Below, piece by piece: positions 27,701 to 35,410 of a stretch of DNA of 64,000 bases. A program made the position numbers and the translations under genes. The DNA lies in the IMG/VR virus record IMGVR_UViG_3300037760_000179, positions 1-64,000 of that record; one strand, 5' to 3'. The notes below the pieces were generated by a model. The model saw only the letters and a list, made by a program, of their open reading frames with translations. It did no database searches and was not told the origin of the DNA. Origin of the DNA: a virus. Numbering within the stretch: the first letter of the stretch is position 1; each line of letters begins with the position of its first letter.

Positions 27701-28151
27701 CCGCGTAGTCGCAACCCGGCCCCCACGAAGAGACCAGGTCGTGCGTGTGCAGCGACCCGCCGGAGAAAGACGCCCAGTCGGGAAGAGTGCCGGCGGTGCT
27801 GCTATGTGTCCATATGCCAGTGGACTCGTTCTTCACGCTGAACCGCACGTTGGCGGTTCCGGTCTGCTTCCGAACCACCAGCGTGTGCCAGTCGCCAGCG
27901 GTCAGAGTCGGCCCGGTGCCCCCTGAGCCGCCAGAGTGCCACACAAGCTTGTTGGTCAGGTTGAGAGCGATCTTCCCGACCTGCGCTACCGCCAAGTCGT
28001 AGGCCGCCAGCAGCGTCCGGTTGGTGGAGTCGTAGGCGGCCAGCGGCCGGAACAGGATCGCGACCGTGCCGTAGGTCATCCCGTCGACCCCGCCGAGGCC
28101 GGTGGAGAAGACCAGGTCGTCTACATCGGACAGCCGGCGGACGATCGGCAC
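24744..28151 (-). CDS. Large virion-associated protein: LamG-like domains plus His-rich ~21-aa repeats
   Basis: Two beta-sandwich domains interleaved with ADAxHGHxADQPxLxQxH repeats. Confidence 0.75.
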   Translation of the reverse strand: MPIVRRLSDVDDLVFSTGLGGVDGMTYGTVAILFRPLAAYDSTNRTLLAAYDLAVAQVGKIALNLTNKLVWHSGGSGGTGPTLTAGDWHTLVVRKQTGTANVRFSVKNESTGIWTHSSTAGTLPDWASFSGGSLHTHDLVSSWGPGCDYAAMAVWANELPWAADTFGDAEIESAGLEDHLDNWVDAAPSSGWGFGVPDNNYSIEDFTLNRADETSTGVGTPIDAADLDFQYETTSTQQTTRNFLRNVATEPGTGDPVWDLSETQGTAATLGTGNTSSGGYTEMLRWQRTVGDTVGAATISTQVSIDSISSQAACRWRVVRLDSSGVEQATSGYSGEHSTAGIKVSTLVLSTTWVAGDRLALAFELRKAGGGGNRSATIDVNDANSFADFELAVATPTDVTPADTGHGHAADQPALTQAHQIQPADSAHGHTAAEPALASVASVAPADAGHAQAADSPTLTQTHTLTPEDADHAAATDQPAVAQVHALAPADASHGHAATQPALTGASAIDVREFTQGQYVQWSIGTGGLATLAQGAFTVVAIAKIVTLADDGCVFDLSNAGTSRALFGHTSGGAMRYLRGSFDSPGDGPSWTAADGWVIVAWTKAAGTAVVRYHKCVMSTDAWTHQDSAGTIDDDDNTCTFASTRPNGDGDLVLRGRRAALAAYSSVLDDTAIQALRDNWADWLAAGPIDAWRFDQASTSEAIDDQTGNGADQTTLVGSTVVTDDPPPGFSFGEAATEVTPAGASHGHAADEPTLTQVHEIAPADAAHGHTVEAPAVAQQHEVAAADATHAQTADEPTLAHIHQVAAADASHGHAATQPALTQAHAVAAADATHATAAGEPTLAQVHALAADGATHPHAATDPAVVQLHELAADPAGHTHTAGSPVLVQAHGLVAADAAHGQTADQPVLAQVHAVAADGTAHGHTAGQPALTGAGDVLVDGSAHGHTAGASTPTQDHQLLADDAAHPHTAGQPALTQVHQLSPDPAVHGHAVQQPAISSGQVLAADSTTHAHAADQPAVTQTHECVPADASHGHTADQPTAAGGSTLTPDSTTHGHTTDQPAVAQLYAVAITPAAHAHAAEQAALGQLHQLVPADASHTHTVRAPTLPSPVSQEWPRLTAGCTRPVLTPGRSPGG

Positions 28152-28163
28152 AGCTCAGGCCCC

Positions 28164-28478
28164 CTACCGCAGGGCTTCGACCTGCGGCGCGAACTCGCGG
28201 AAGTCCACGGCAGGGTCCACGGTCTGCACGCCCAGGTAGACCTGCCGCAGCAGCTCATACAGGTTGTTCACCGTGCCGATCAGGTTCGCGTCGGGCATCC
28301 CAGTCGGGTCGGCCGCGTCAAACCCGAAGTTGTCGCGCAACCCAGTCGCACCCTCCGACTGGAAAAACGCGTTGAACTTCTCAACCTCGTCGAAGATGTC
28401 CCGCAGCTGTACCGAGATCCGGCCGATGGTCTGGTTGATCTGGTCCTTCGTCGTCAATGCCTTGAATCCAGCCGCCAT
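28164..28478 (-). CDS. Hypothetical protein
   Basis: RBS AAGGGGAG; clean ORF. Confidence 0.65.
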   Translation of the reverse strand: MAAGFKALTTKDQINQTIGRISVQLRDIFDEVEKFNAFFQSEGATGLRDNFGFDAADPTGMPDANLIGTVNNLYELLRQVYLGVQTVDPAVDFREFAPQVEALR

Positions 28479-28524
28479 GCGGTTACTCCCCTTCCTAGTG
28501 CCTTGTCGCTACCCGGCTAGACCG

Positions 28525-28914
28525 CTACTCCGGGTCCTCGATCTCGATCGCCCACGCGCCCACGTTGGCGGTGTTGCCGGAGGTCAGCGCCTGTGAAGCG
28601 CAGGTGGTGACGTAGCGGAGCAGGTCGGTGGCGCCGCCGGTGGCCAGCACCACATGCGTGGCGGTGCCGGAGGTGCCAACGGACGCCCCGTTCTGCGCGG
28701 TGACCGTGATCTTCCGCCCACTGACATCCCCGTCGGCCAGGGTGAAGTCGCCGTTGCCGGCCCCAGGGGTCAGCGCCACCGGGCCGACCAGGTCCACATT
28801 GGCAATGTCGGCGTAGTTGGTCGGCTCGTCGGAGCACACGTACAGCTCGTCGGCCAGTGCCGCCTGAGCCAGCGAGCCGTCGTCGTAGAAGGTGTCGGGT
28901 GCGGCCTTCGCCAT
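28525..28914 (-). CDS. Virion structural protein (fibre/whisker base-like)
   Basis: DFTLADGDVSGRKITV..GTATHV..SQALTSGNT. Confidence 0.65.
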   Translation of the reverse strand: MAKAAPDTFYDDGSLAQAALADELYVCSDEPTNYADIANVDLVGPVALTPGAGNGDFTLADGDVSGRKITVTAQNGASVGTSGTATHVVLATGGATDLLRYVTTCASQALTSGNTANVGAWAIEIEDPE

Positions 28915-28917
28915 CGC

Positions 28918-29136
28918 TCAGCGCTCCTTCGTCTTGGCCTTGTGGGTGACGCTGTCCGGCTGCACATCCGCAGCCGCAGCCACCGGCGGGGTAGCACCCG
29001 GCGGGGTGTAGTCGGGCGAGGCGGCCCAGCCAGACCGCACGAAGTACGCGCCGTCCACGTCGTCCACTTCGTACTCGGTGCCGGGGTCGTAGGTGGTGTT
29101 CCCGTCGCGGAACCGCTGAGCAGGTTTGATCTTCAC
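28918..29136 (-). CDS. Small hypothetical head-region protein
   Basis: VKIKPAQRFRDG..Y..G.EYEV..GAYFVRSGWA; RBS GGAGG. Confidence 0.6.
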   Translation of the reverse strand: MKIKPAQRFRDGNTTYDPGTEYEVDDVDGAYFVRSGWAASPDYTPPGATPPVAAAADVQPDSVTHKAKTKER

Positions 29137-29996
29137 GTTGCCTCCACTGGGCCAAAATCGGACACGGGCTCGATCAGCCCGATAGACATCAGGTGCATCA
29201 CTTCGACAACCGGAACCCCGGACAGGACCGAGCCGCGGAAGAACAGCTGCCGGGCTCGGCCGGTGGCGGTGGCGACGGAGGCGTGGCAGGCGTGCCCGAC
29301 GACCCGCCACATCCCGTCGTGGATTTCCTCCGGGCGGCCCAGCGGGGCCAGCGCCGGCACGGACACGACCCGGCCGCACCAGTCCTGGTCGAGCGCGGAC
29401 ACCTCAGCGCCGAGGAACCGGTGGGCCTTCCGAACCGACGTGCGGCCGGGGACCAGGCTGGGTGCGTCGCGGTGGTCCACCAGCGACGGCCACGGGCAGT
29501 AGACGGTCAGGTTGCGCTGCTGAAACCAGCGGGAGATCCGCGTGTCGTAGTTCTCGACCTCGCCGTACCGGTCGACCCAAGCCAGCATCTCGTCGATGTA
29601 CCGGGTGGGCATGACGACGCCGACGCCCCAGTGCAGCTGCCCCATGGCCAGCCACGAGGTACCCGGCCCGGCGGCGTTTACCAGCCCCTGCACCAGCTCC
29701 CGGTACGGACGGACCTTCCCGACGTACAGGCACAGAGGCGAACCGTCCGGGACATGCTGCAACGCCTGCTCGATGCCGGCGACCAGGTCTCGGCAGGGGA
29801 TCGCATCATCCTGGACAACCAGGCCGTGCGACGTGGTCCGGTCTATCGCCTGCCAGGCCCGGCGGCCGGTGTCCCACCGGTCGCCCTTGCGGTCCCACAC
29901 CACCTCGGCTGGCCGGTCCAGCCAGCCGAGCAGCTCCTCCACCATCGCCGCCCGGCGGGGATCGGCCATCACCACCACGGAAACGGTCGGGGTCAA
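29133..29996 (-). CDS. Glycosyltransferase (GT-A fold, actinophage type)
   Basis: VSVVVMADPRR, GLVVQDDAIPCRD, PWPSLVDHRD; TTGA-coupled start. Confidence 0.8.
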   Translation of the reverse strand: MTPTVSVVVMADPRRAAMVEELLGWLDRPAEVVWDRKGDRWDTGRRAWQAIDRTTSHGLVVQDDAIPCRDLVAGIEQALQHVPDGSPLCLYVGKVRPYRELVQGLVNAAGPGTSWLAMGQLHWGVGVVMPTRYIDEMLAWVDRYGEVENYDTRISRWFQQRNLTVYCPWPSLVDHRDAPSLVPGRTSVRKAHRFLGAEVSALDQDWCGRVVSVPALAPLGRPEEIHDGMWRVVGHACHASVATATGRARQLFFRGSVLSGVPVVEVMHLMSIGLIEPVSDFGPVEAT

Positions 29997-30619
29997 CGCG
30001 GGTCCCACCGCTGCTGGTGCCAGCGGAACCGGCGTACCCTGCGGTAGCCGAGCGGTTCCAGGAGCTTGCCGGTGGCGTCGCTGTACGTGTCGTCCCAGGC
30101 TTCGGCGTAGATCGTCGGCCGGCAGCGTTCGATGGTGGCCAGGCCGCCGCGGATGACCGCCGGTTCCATGCCCTCCACGTCGATCTTCACCAGGGTCACG
30201 TCGGTGAGCTGGTAGCTGTCGAGGGTGCGCACCTCCACGGCACCGGCGGCGGCGGGGTTGAGACGGCCCTTCGACAGCTGCTTCGCGGTGCCCGCCGCCG
30301 CGCCCAGCGCCACCGGATGCACCCGCACCCGCCCGCCGAACCCGTTCAGCGCGACGTTGGCGCGCATCTTGGCCAGCTGCTCCTCGCGCGGCTCGAACGC
30401 CTCCACCCGCAGCCCACACACCGCCGCCAACCACAGCGTGTGGTTGCCGATGTTGGCGCCCACGTCGACCGCCGTACCGGCCAGGTCGAGTGCGGCCATG
30501 TCGGCCAGCACGTCCACCTCGTACGGCTGCCCGCCGCGGATCATCTTCGCGATGCGGCCGCCGCCGCCCGGGTCGTGGATGCGGTAACGCGCGCCGACCG
30601 GTCCGAGTTCGATCACCAT
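29993..30619 (-). CDS. FkbM-family methyltransferase
   Basis: VDVGANIGNHT, AFEP, LVKIDVEGME. Confidence 0.92.
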   Translation of the reverse strand: MVIELGPVGARYRIHDPGGGGRIAKMIRGGQPYEVDVLADMAALDLAGTAVDVGANIGNHTLWLAAVCGLRVEAFEPREEQLAKMRANVALNGFGGRVRVHPVALGAAAGTAKQLSKGRLNPAAAGAVEVRTLDSYQLTDVTLVKIDVEGMEPAVIRGGLATIERCRPTIYAEAWDDTYSDATGKLLEPLGYRRVRRFRWHQQRWDPR

Positions 30620-31155
30620 CGGCGCCTCCTGCGGTTGTGGCGGATCTCCAGCTCGGCGTGGGCGGCCCGCAGGTCACCCTGGGCGCCGATCCGCTGCCAC
30701 ATGTCGTCGAATCCCGGCCGCAGGTCCGGCAGCGACGCCTGGACCACCTTGGATTTGCCGCGCAGGAACAGGGCGATGTTGTCCTCGACCGTCTCCACGC
30801 ACAGCTCCGCCAGCCCGTGCCAGTCCTGCTGCGGGGGACGTTGCAGGATGCCCCGGTCCATCGCCCGCAGCAGGCTCGCCCCGTCCCGCCAGCGGACCTG
30901 CATGGAGGCGACGACCTGCCCGCGGGGCCTGGTCAGGTGCACGTACAGCGGCTCGTCGCCGTAGAGCCGGTCCAGGGTGCCGAGGAACCAGCTGAGCCGG
31001 TTGGCGACCTCGATGTGCCCGTCCGGGAACTGGCAGCGGCCTTCGGTGAGGTGGCAGCGGGACTCGTGCGCCGAGGTGTAGTTGGTGATGTGCCCGCAGG
31101 CACGGGCGAAGGTTGTCGAGCCGGTCTTGCCCGTGGTGAGCACGAAAACCCTCAC
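30613..31155 (-). CDS. Sulfotransferase-like P-loop protein
   Basis: VFVLTTGKTGSTT, AHES, YVHLTR...VVAS. Confidence 0.65.
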   Translation of the reverse strand: MRVFVLTTGKTGSTTFARACGHITNYTSAHESRCHLTEGRCQFPDGHIEVANRLSWFLGTLDRLYGDEPLYVHLTRPRGQVVASMQVRWRDGASLLRAMDRGILQRPPQQDWHGLAELCVETVEDNIALFLRGKSKVVQASLPDLRPGFDDMWQRIGAQGDLRAAHAELEIRHNRRRRRW

Positions 31156-31571
31156 GGCGTCGGCCCGAGTCTCCGTTTCAGCTCGGTCGTGGAGATCCCC
31201 GCCGTGTACGGGATGTACACGGCGGCGATGCCGAGGGCGTCCAGGGTGGCCTGACCCACCTCGATGCGGCCCAGCCAGTCACGCCCGGCGGCCCAGTCGG
31301 ACCCGACCGCCAGAACATCCGGCCGGATCTCGCCGACCAGCCCGCACCCCGGTTCCGTGCTTTCCCGCACCTCGTACCCGAGTGCGGCGATCAGCGCCGC
31401 CCGCTCCCGGTAGGCGAACACCGGCGCGTGGCCGCGGAGACGGAGCACCATGGCGTCGGACCGGACCGCCACGACCACCCGGTCGGCGTGGCGTTCGCAG
31501 CGACGCAGAAACGCCGCGTGCCCGGCGTGAGGGCAATCGAAGGTCCCGAAGGTGAGGAGCACGCTGGTCAC
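31152..31571 (-). CDS. Cytidylyltransferase (TagD-like)
   Basis: TFGTFDCPHAGH (HxGH), AVGSDW, YTAGISTT. Confidence 0.88.
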   Translation of the reverse strand: MTSVLLTFGTFDCPHAGHAAFLRRCERHADRVVVAVRSDAMVLRLRGHAPVFAYRERAALIAALGYEVRESTEPGCGLVGEIRPDVLAVGSDWAAGRDWLGRIEVGQATLDALGIAAVYIPYTAGISTTELKRRLGPTP

Positions 31572-32704
31572 AGCCGGCGCATGTTCCTCGGGCTGCTGTC
31601 CCACTTCCACTCCCGCTGCGGGGTGAGCCAGCCGGGGCCGTACTGGCACTCCAGGTACTCCTCCGGCGGGGAGGGCATCAGGCAGCGGCGCAGGTAGTAG
31701 ATCGTCGGCTGGAGGACATCGAACAGCCGTGCCGGGTAGTCCATGCGCAGCGTCTGCGCCTTGCCGTGCAGCTTGTAGACGGTGCTCCCGTCGCGGTAGT
31801 GCGTGTGAATGTCGATCTTCGTGGTGCCGTGGACCGGCCACATCTGCGAATCGTGGTCGCGGCGGAACTGCCACCCGGCCTTCCGGAACGCCGCCCGGAC
31901 CCGGTCCACGTCAGCCGGCCAGATCCCCAGATCCACGTCGAGGTCCCACGGAATCCACGCCCCGTCGCGGATGTGCCCCAGCAGCACCCCCGAGGTGAGC
32001 CACCACCGCACCCGGGCGCCGTCCAGCACGTCGGCGGCGGCCCGAAACGCGGCCACCTGCTCCCGGGCCGTCCGTTGCCGGGCGGTGTTGTCGTAGTGGT
32101 GCGCGACGTACGCGCGGCTCAGGTCCGGCGGCTTACCGGCGTCACGGTCCCGGATCGACCGGCCGGCGAACATCCACCACGGATGCACCGTCACATCGGC
32201 CGGCTTCAGCCGCTGGTACTCGCGGTCCACAAGCCGGGTCCCAACCATGTCGTGGATGCGGCCGCCTCGGTTAGTCTCCACGCTGGCCGGCATCACGTCG
32301 AGCAGGTGGGCCAGGAACGGGTGGCCGGCGGTCGCCGCGCACACGGCCTGCGTGATGCCATCGGTGCGGTTCGCCGAGAACGGGAACCACGCGTCGGCGT
32401 CTAGCAGCGGGTCCAGCGGGCGCAGGCACTCGGCGTCGGTGTCGACGTACACCCCGCCGTGCGCGTGCAGCACCTCCAGCCGGGCGACGTCGGCGCGGAA
32501 CCGGAGCCAGTCCTTCGGGGCCAGCTCCTCCGCCCGGTCGTACAGGTCCCGGTTGACCATGTCGAGCTGGTCCAGCTCGGCCGGGGTCCACAGCCGGTGC
32601 TCCCACCCGGGATGATGCTCCAGCCAGGTGTCGGCGTTGCGGCGGTACCGGTAGGGGATCGGGTCTTCGCCCGGCCAAACCCGGTGGACGACACGGGAGA
32701 TCAT
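31568..32704 (-). CDS. GT32-like glycosyltransferase fused to LicD-family phosphotransferase
   Basis: VVHRVW, ADVARLEVL..HGGVYVDTD; then WLTSGVLLGHIRDG..IPWDLDVDLG, YL..QYGPGW.TP. Confidence 0.85.
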   Translation of the reverse strand: MISRVVHRVWPGEDPIPYRYRRNADTWLEHHPGWEHRLWTPAELDQLDMVNRDLYDRAEELAPKDWLRFRADVARLEVLHAHGGVYVDTDAECLRPLDPLLDADAWFPFSANRTDGITQAVCAATAGHPFLAHLLDVMPASVETNRGGRIHDMVGTRLVDREYQRLKPADVTVHPWWMFAGRSIRDRDAGKPPDLSRAYVAHHYDNTARQRTAREQVAAFRAAADVLDGARVRWWLTSGVLLGHIRDGAWIPWDLDVDLGIWPADVDRVRAAFRKAGWQFRRDHDSQMWPVHGTTKIDIHTHYRDGSTVYKLHGKAQTLRMDYPARLFDVLQPTIYYLRRCLMPSPPEEYLECQYGPGWLTPQREWKWDSSPRNMRRL

Positions 32705-33384
32705 GCCGCCGCCCGCGACGCCTCGACCACCAGGCCGGCCAGCGGATGGTCCAGCAGCGCCATGCTCGGGATGATGCAGTGCCCGCCGATCGGGCCAGGC
32801 ATGTGCCGCAGCACCGGCTGCACGAACTGGGGCAGGCCCATGGCGATGTAGCCGTCGTTGTAGCTGTGGCGGAACGCCGCGTAGACGACGCCGAAGTCCA
32901 AGCCGCGCTCAGCGCAGTAGGCGTGCACGGCCTTCTCGAACGCGATGGCCTGCGCGTAGGCCGCAAGCTCGAACAGCTTCGCAGCCTCTGTGTCGGCCGC
33001 CCGCGGGTGGGTGGCCACGTCACACCCGGCCACCTCGAACGCCTTCGCCGCCTCGTCGGCGCGCTGCCCGCCGAAGTGCTTCACGAACGTGAGCAGCGAC
33101 TCGGCCAGGTCCGGGTGCCGTCCCCGCACCGGGGAATGGACCCAGCCTTCCGGGTCGCACGTGCCCACCGGCACGGTCGAGTGCACCACCACCAGCCCGG
33201 CGCCGTGCCACCGCCGGTACGCCCGCACATCGGCCGCGAACCGGTCGGACCACGGGAAGCAGATGTGCAGCACGTCAGCCTGCACGTCCACCGGGGCCAC
33301 GTCGCGGGTGTGCACCGGGTGGGCGCGGGCGAGCACCGCGGCGACAGCAGTGCCCACCTCGCCCGCGCCCACCACCAGGTGCAC
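32701..33384 (-). CDS. UDP-glucose/GDP-mannose dehydrogenase-like protein (short phage form)
   Basis: VVGAGEVG, HSTVPVGT, HSPVRG, EAAKL, GPIGGHC. Confidence 0.8.
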   Translation of the reverse strand: MHLVVGAGEVGTAVAAVLARAHPVHTRDVAPVDVQADVLHICFPWSDRFAADVRAYRRWHGAGLVVVHSTVPVGTCDPEGWVHSPVRGRHPDLAESLLTFVKHFGGQRADEAAKAFEVAGCDVATHPRAADTEAAKLFELAAYAQAIAFEKAVHAYCAERGLDFGVVYAAFRHSYNDGYIAMGLPQFVQPVLRHMPGPIGGHCIIPSMALLDHPLAGLVVEASRAAA

Positions 33385-33386
33385 GG

Positions 33387-33935
33387 TCAGCTGTCCAGCC
33401 CGTCGACCAGCTTCAGCAGCTCCGACTTCTCAGCGGAGGCGGTCTGCTCCCGGCTGTAGCCCTTGAGTACCAGCCACTCGGCGATTACCGACTCGCCGTG
33501 CCGGCCGTTGGGCTTGGACCCGGACTCGATGAGCGCCTGCGCCTTGGCGGTAGCCTCGGCCTGCTTGCGCTCGTCGTCCGGGTCCGCCGCCGCTCCGGTC
33601 TCGCCGGGGTCGGCGATGTCGGGCTCGGTGGTGGTGTCGCCGGGGTCGCCCGGCCCAGGCGGGCCGTCGCCGTCCGCGTCGGGGGCGGGGGCCGCGGTTG
33701 GCTCCCCACCCCCCGACGCGGGCTCGGCGGTGGTGACCGGTTCGGCCGGGGTCGGCTCGGCGGTGGTCTGCCCGACCAGCGGCACGATGGCGTTGATCGA
33801 CAGATGGTGTTCGATCTCCGCCGCCGTGGCCGACGGGGGAACCAGCTGCCCCTTGAACAGCATCTGCCTGCCCATCCGCCCGTCCGGAAGTTGGACGGAG
33901 AAGTTGGCGCAGTGGCCGATCACCTGGTACTGCAT
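33387..33935 (-). CDS. Hypothetical head-region protein with Pro/acidic linker
   Basis: RBS AAGGAG; follows capsid gene. Confidence 0.65.
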   Translation of the reverse strand: MQYQVIGHCANFSVQLPDGRMGRQMLFKGQLVPPSATAAEIEHHLSINAIVPLVGQTTAEPTPAEPVTTAEPASGGGEPTAAPAPDADGDGPPGPGDPGDTTTEPDIADPGETGAAADPDDERKQAEATAKAQALIESGSKPNGRHGESVIAEWLVLKGYSREQTASAEKSELLKLVDGLDS

Positions 33936-33964
33936 GCGGGTCGTCTCCTTCTCTAGTCCGGCGG

Positions 33965-34906
33965 TCAGCTGCCGACGGTGCCGGTGATACGGACGGCGGC
34001 GGACGGCTCCAGGACCACCGGGACGGTGATGCGCCGGCCCCACAGGTCCCACCCGTCGCGGCGGGCGATCCGCTCCGTCTGCACCTGAGTGCCGTTGTTG
34101 GAGGTGGCGTAGCCCGGGTCCACGTCGGCCTCGTCCGCCATGCCGCCGAGCTGGGTCCGGTCGAAGATCCACACGTCGTCGGTGGGCAGGTTCGCCACCG
34201 CCGTCGAGATGACCAGGTACTTGCCGATCTGCTCGATATCGGCGCCGTACACCGGGTTCCGCATGGTCTCCCGGCGCCGCAGGTTCGCGATCTTCTCATC
34301 CGATGCCATCAGCGCGTAGTTGTTGGTGGACATGAGGATCGTGTCCGGCATGAACCCTTCGTTGGTGTCCACGATCACCGCAGCCGCCAACTCGATGTCC
34401 CGGTAGATCTGCGCGTTCGCGACGCTGTCCCACGTGGCGATCGCCGCCGAGGTGGCGGTCACCGCCGACGCGACCGCCGCGGTGGTGAGCCGGTCGACCT
34501 TCCGAACGACGGTGTTGACGACCTTCCGCAGGGCGATGTCGACCTCGTCGCCCATCCGCACCGACCGCTTGATCTTCTCGTCGGACAGGAACACCGCCTG
34601 GCCCCACTTGGACACGGCGGCCAGGTTCGCCACCGGCGCCGAGGGGGTGTCGCGGGGGTACTCGGCCCCCGGCGCAACCGCCTCGATGTCACGCTCGTTG
34701 TAGACGGACTCGCCGGTCTCGTACAGAACCGCACCGCCGGAGGTCCGCAGCCGGCGGGTCAGAATCTGGTCGGCGACGAACCGGGAGTCTGCGATAGTCC
34801 GCAGCCGCCGGGAGATCCGGTTCGGGCTCTTCAAGAACTGGTGGATGGACACCAACTGCGTGTTGGTGTCGATGGTCGGCGCTGCCGGAGGGTACGACCC
34901 GGGCAT
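33965..34906 (-). CDS. Major capsid protein
   Basis: FLKSPNRI, SGGAVLY, EAVAPGAEYP, KWG, PVVLEPSA; position in head module. Confidence 0.9.
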   Translation of the reverse strand: MPGSYPPAAPTIDTNTQLVSIHQFLKSPNRISRRLRTIADSRFVADQILTRRLRTSGGAVLYETGESVYNERDIEAVAPGAEYPRDTPSAPVANLAAVSKWGQAVFLSDEKIKRSVRMGDEVDIALRKVVNTVVRKVDRLTTAAVASAVTATSAAIATWDSVANAQIYRDIELAAAVIVDTNEGFMPDTILMSTNNYALMASDEKIANLRRRETMRNPVYGADIEQIGKYLVISTAVANLPTDDVWIFDRTQLGGMADEADVDPGYATSNNGTQVQTERIARRDGWDLWGRRITVPVVLEPSAAVRITGTVGS

Positions 34907-35045
34907 TTTCGATCACTTCCTCGGATTGGGTAGGCCCGGGTGCCCGGGCATGGGAAGGCCCCCACCAGGTGCGCCCCGGTGGGGGCCTCGAAGCTCGAAG
35001 GAACTATGTGGACTGTGCGCGGGTCGCTGGACGGCCAGGGGCGGG

Positions 35046-35408
35046 CTAGAACTCCATCCACTCCGCCAGCGCGGCCGCGTCGGCGGAGGTCAGGAACACG
35101 CCCAGCAGCGGGTCCGAACCGGCGTCGTCGTCGACCGTGCCCGCCGCACCGGCGGACACGCCGGCACCTGCCACGACCGCACCAGCGGTGGTGGTGATGT
35201 GGACCTTCCCCCGGGGGAAGTACGACACCAGCGCACCGATGGCGGCGTCCTGGGCAGCCACGCCGATCACGGTCACGTCGGCAGCGTCAGGGGCCGGGCC
35301 GACGGTGCCGTTGCCGGACACGACCAGCACCTGCCCGCCGGTGATCGCGGCCGAGGCGGTACCGGTGACCGTCTCGCCGTAAAGGAACTTCGGGGCGTAG
35401 TCGGCCAT
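35046..35408 (-). CDS. Capsid cement/decoration protein (DUF2190-like)
   Basis: TASAAITGGQVL..VIGVAAQDAA. Confidence 0.8.
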   Translation of the reverse strand: MADYAPKFLYGETVTGTASAAITGGQVLVVSGNGTVGPAPDAADVTVIGVAAQDAAIGALVSYFPRGKVHITTTAGAVVAGAGVSAGAAGTVDDDAGSDPLLGVFLTSADAAALAEWMEF

Positions 35409-35410
35409 CG

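Noticed and set aside
34956-34990. Hairpin between decoration and capsid genes as a novel RNA
   Set aside because: Simple stem-loop consistent with an ordinary mRNA stability or attenuation element.
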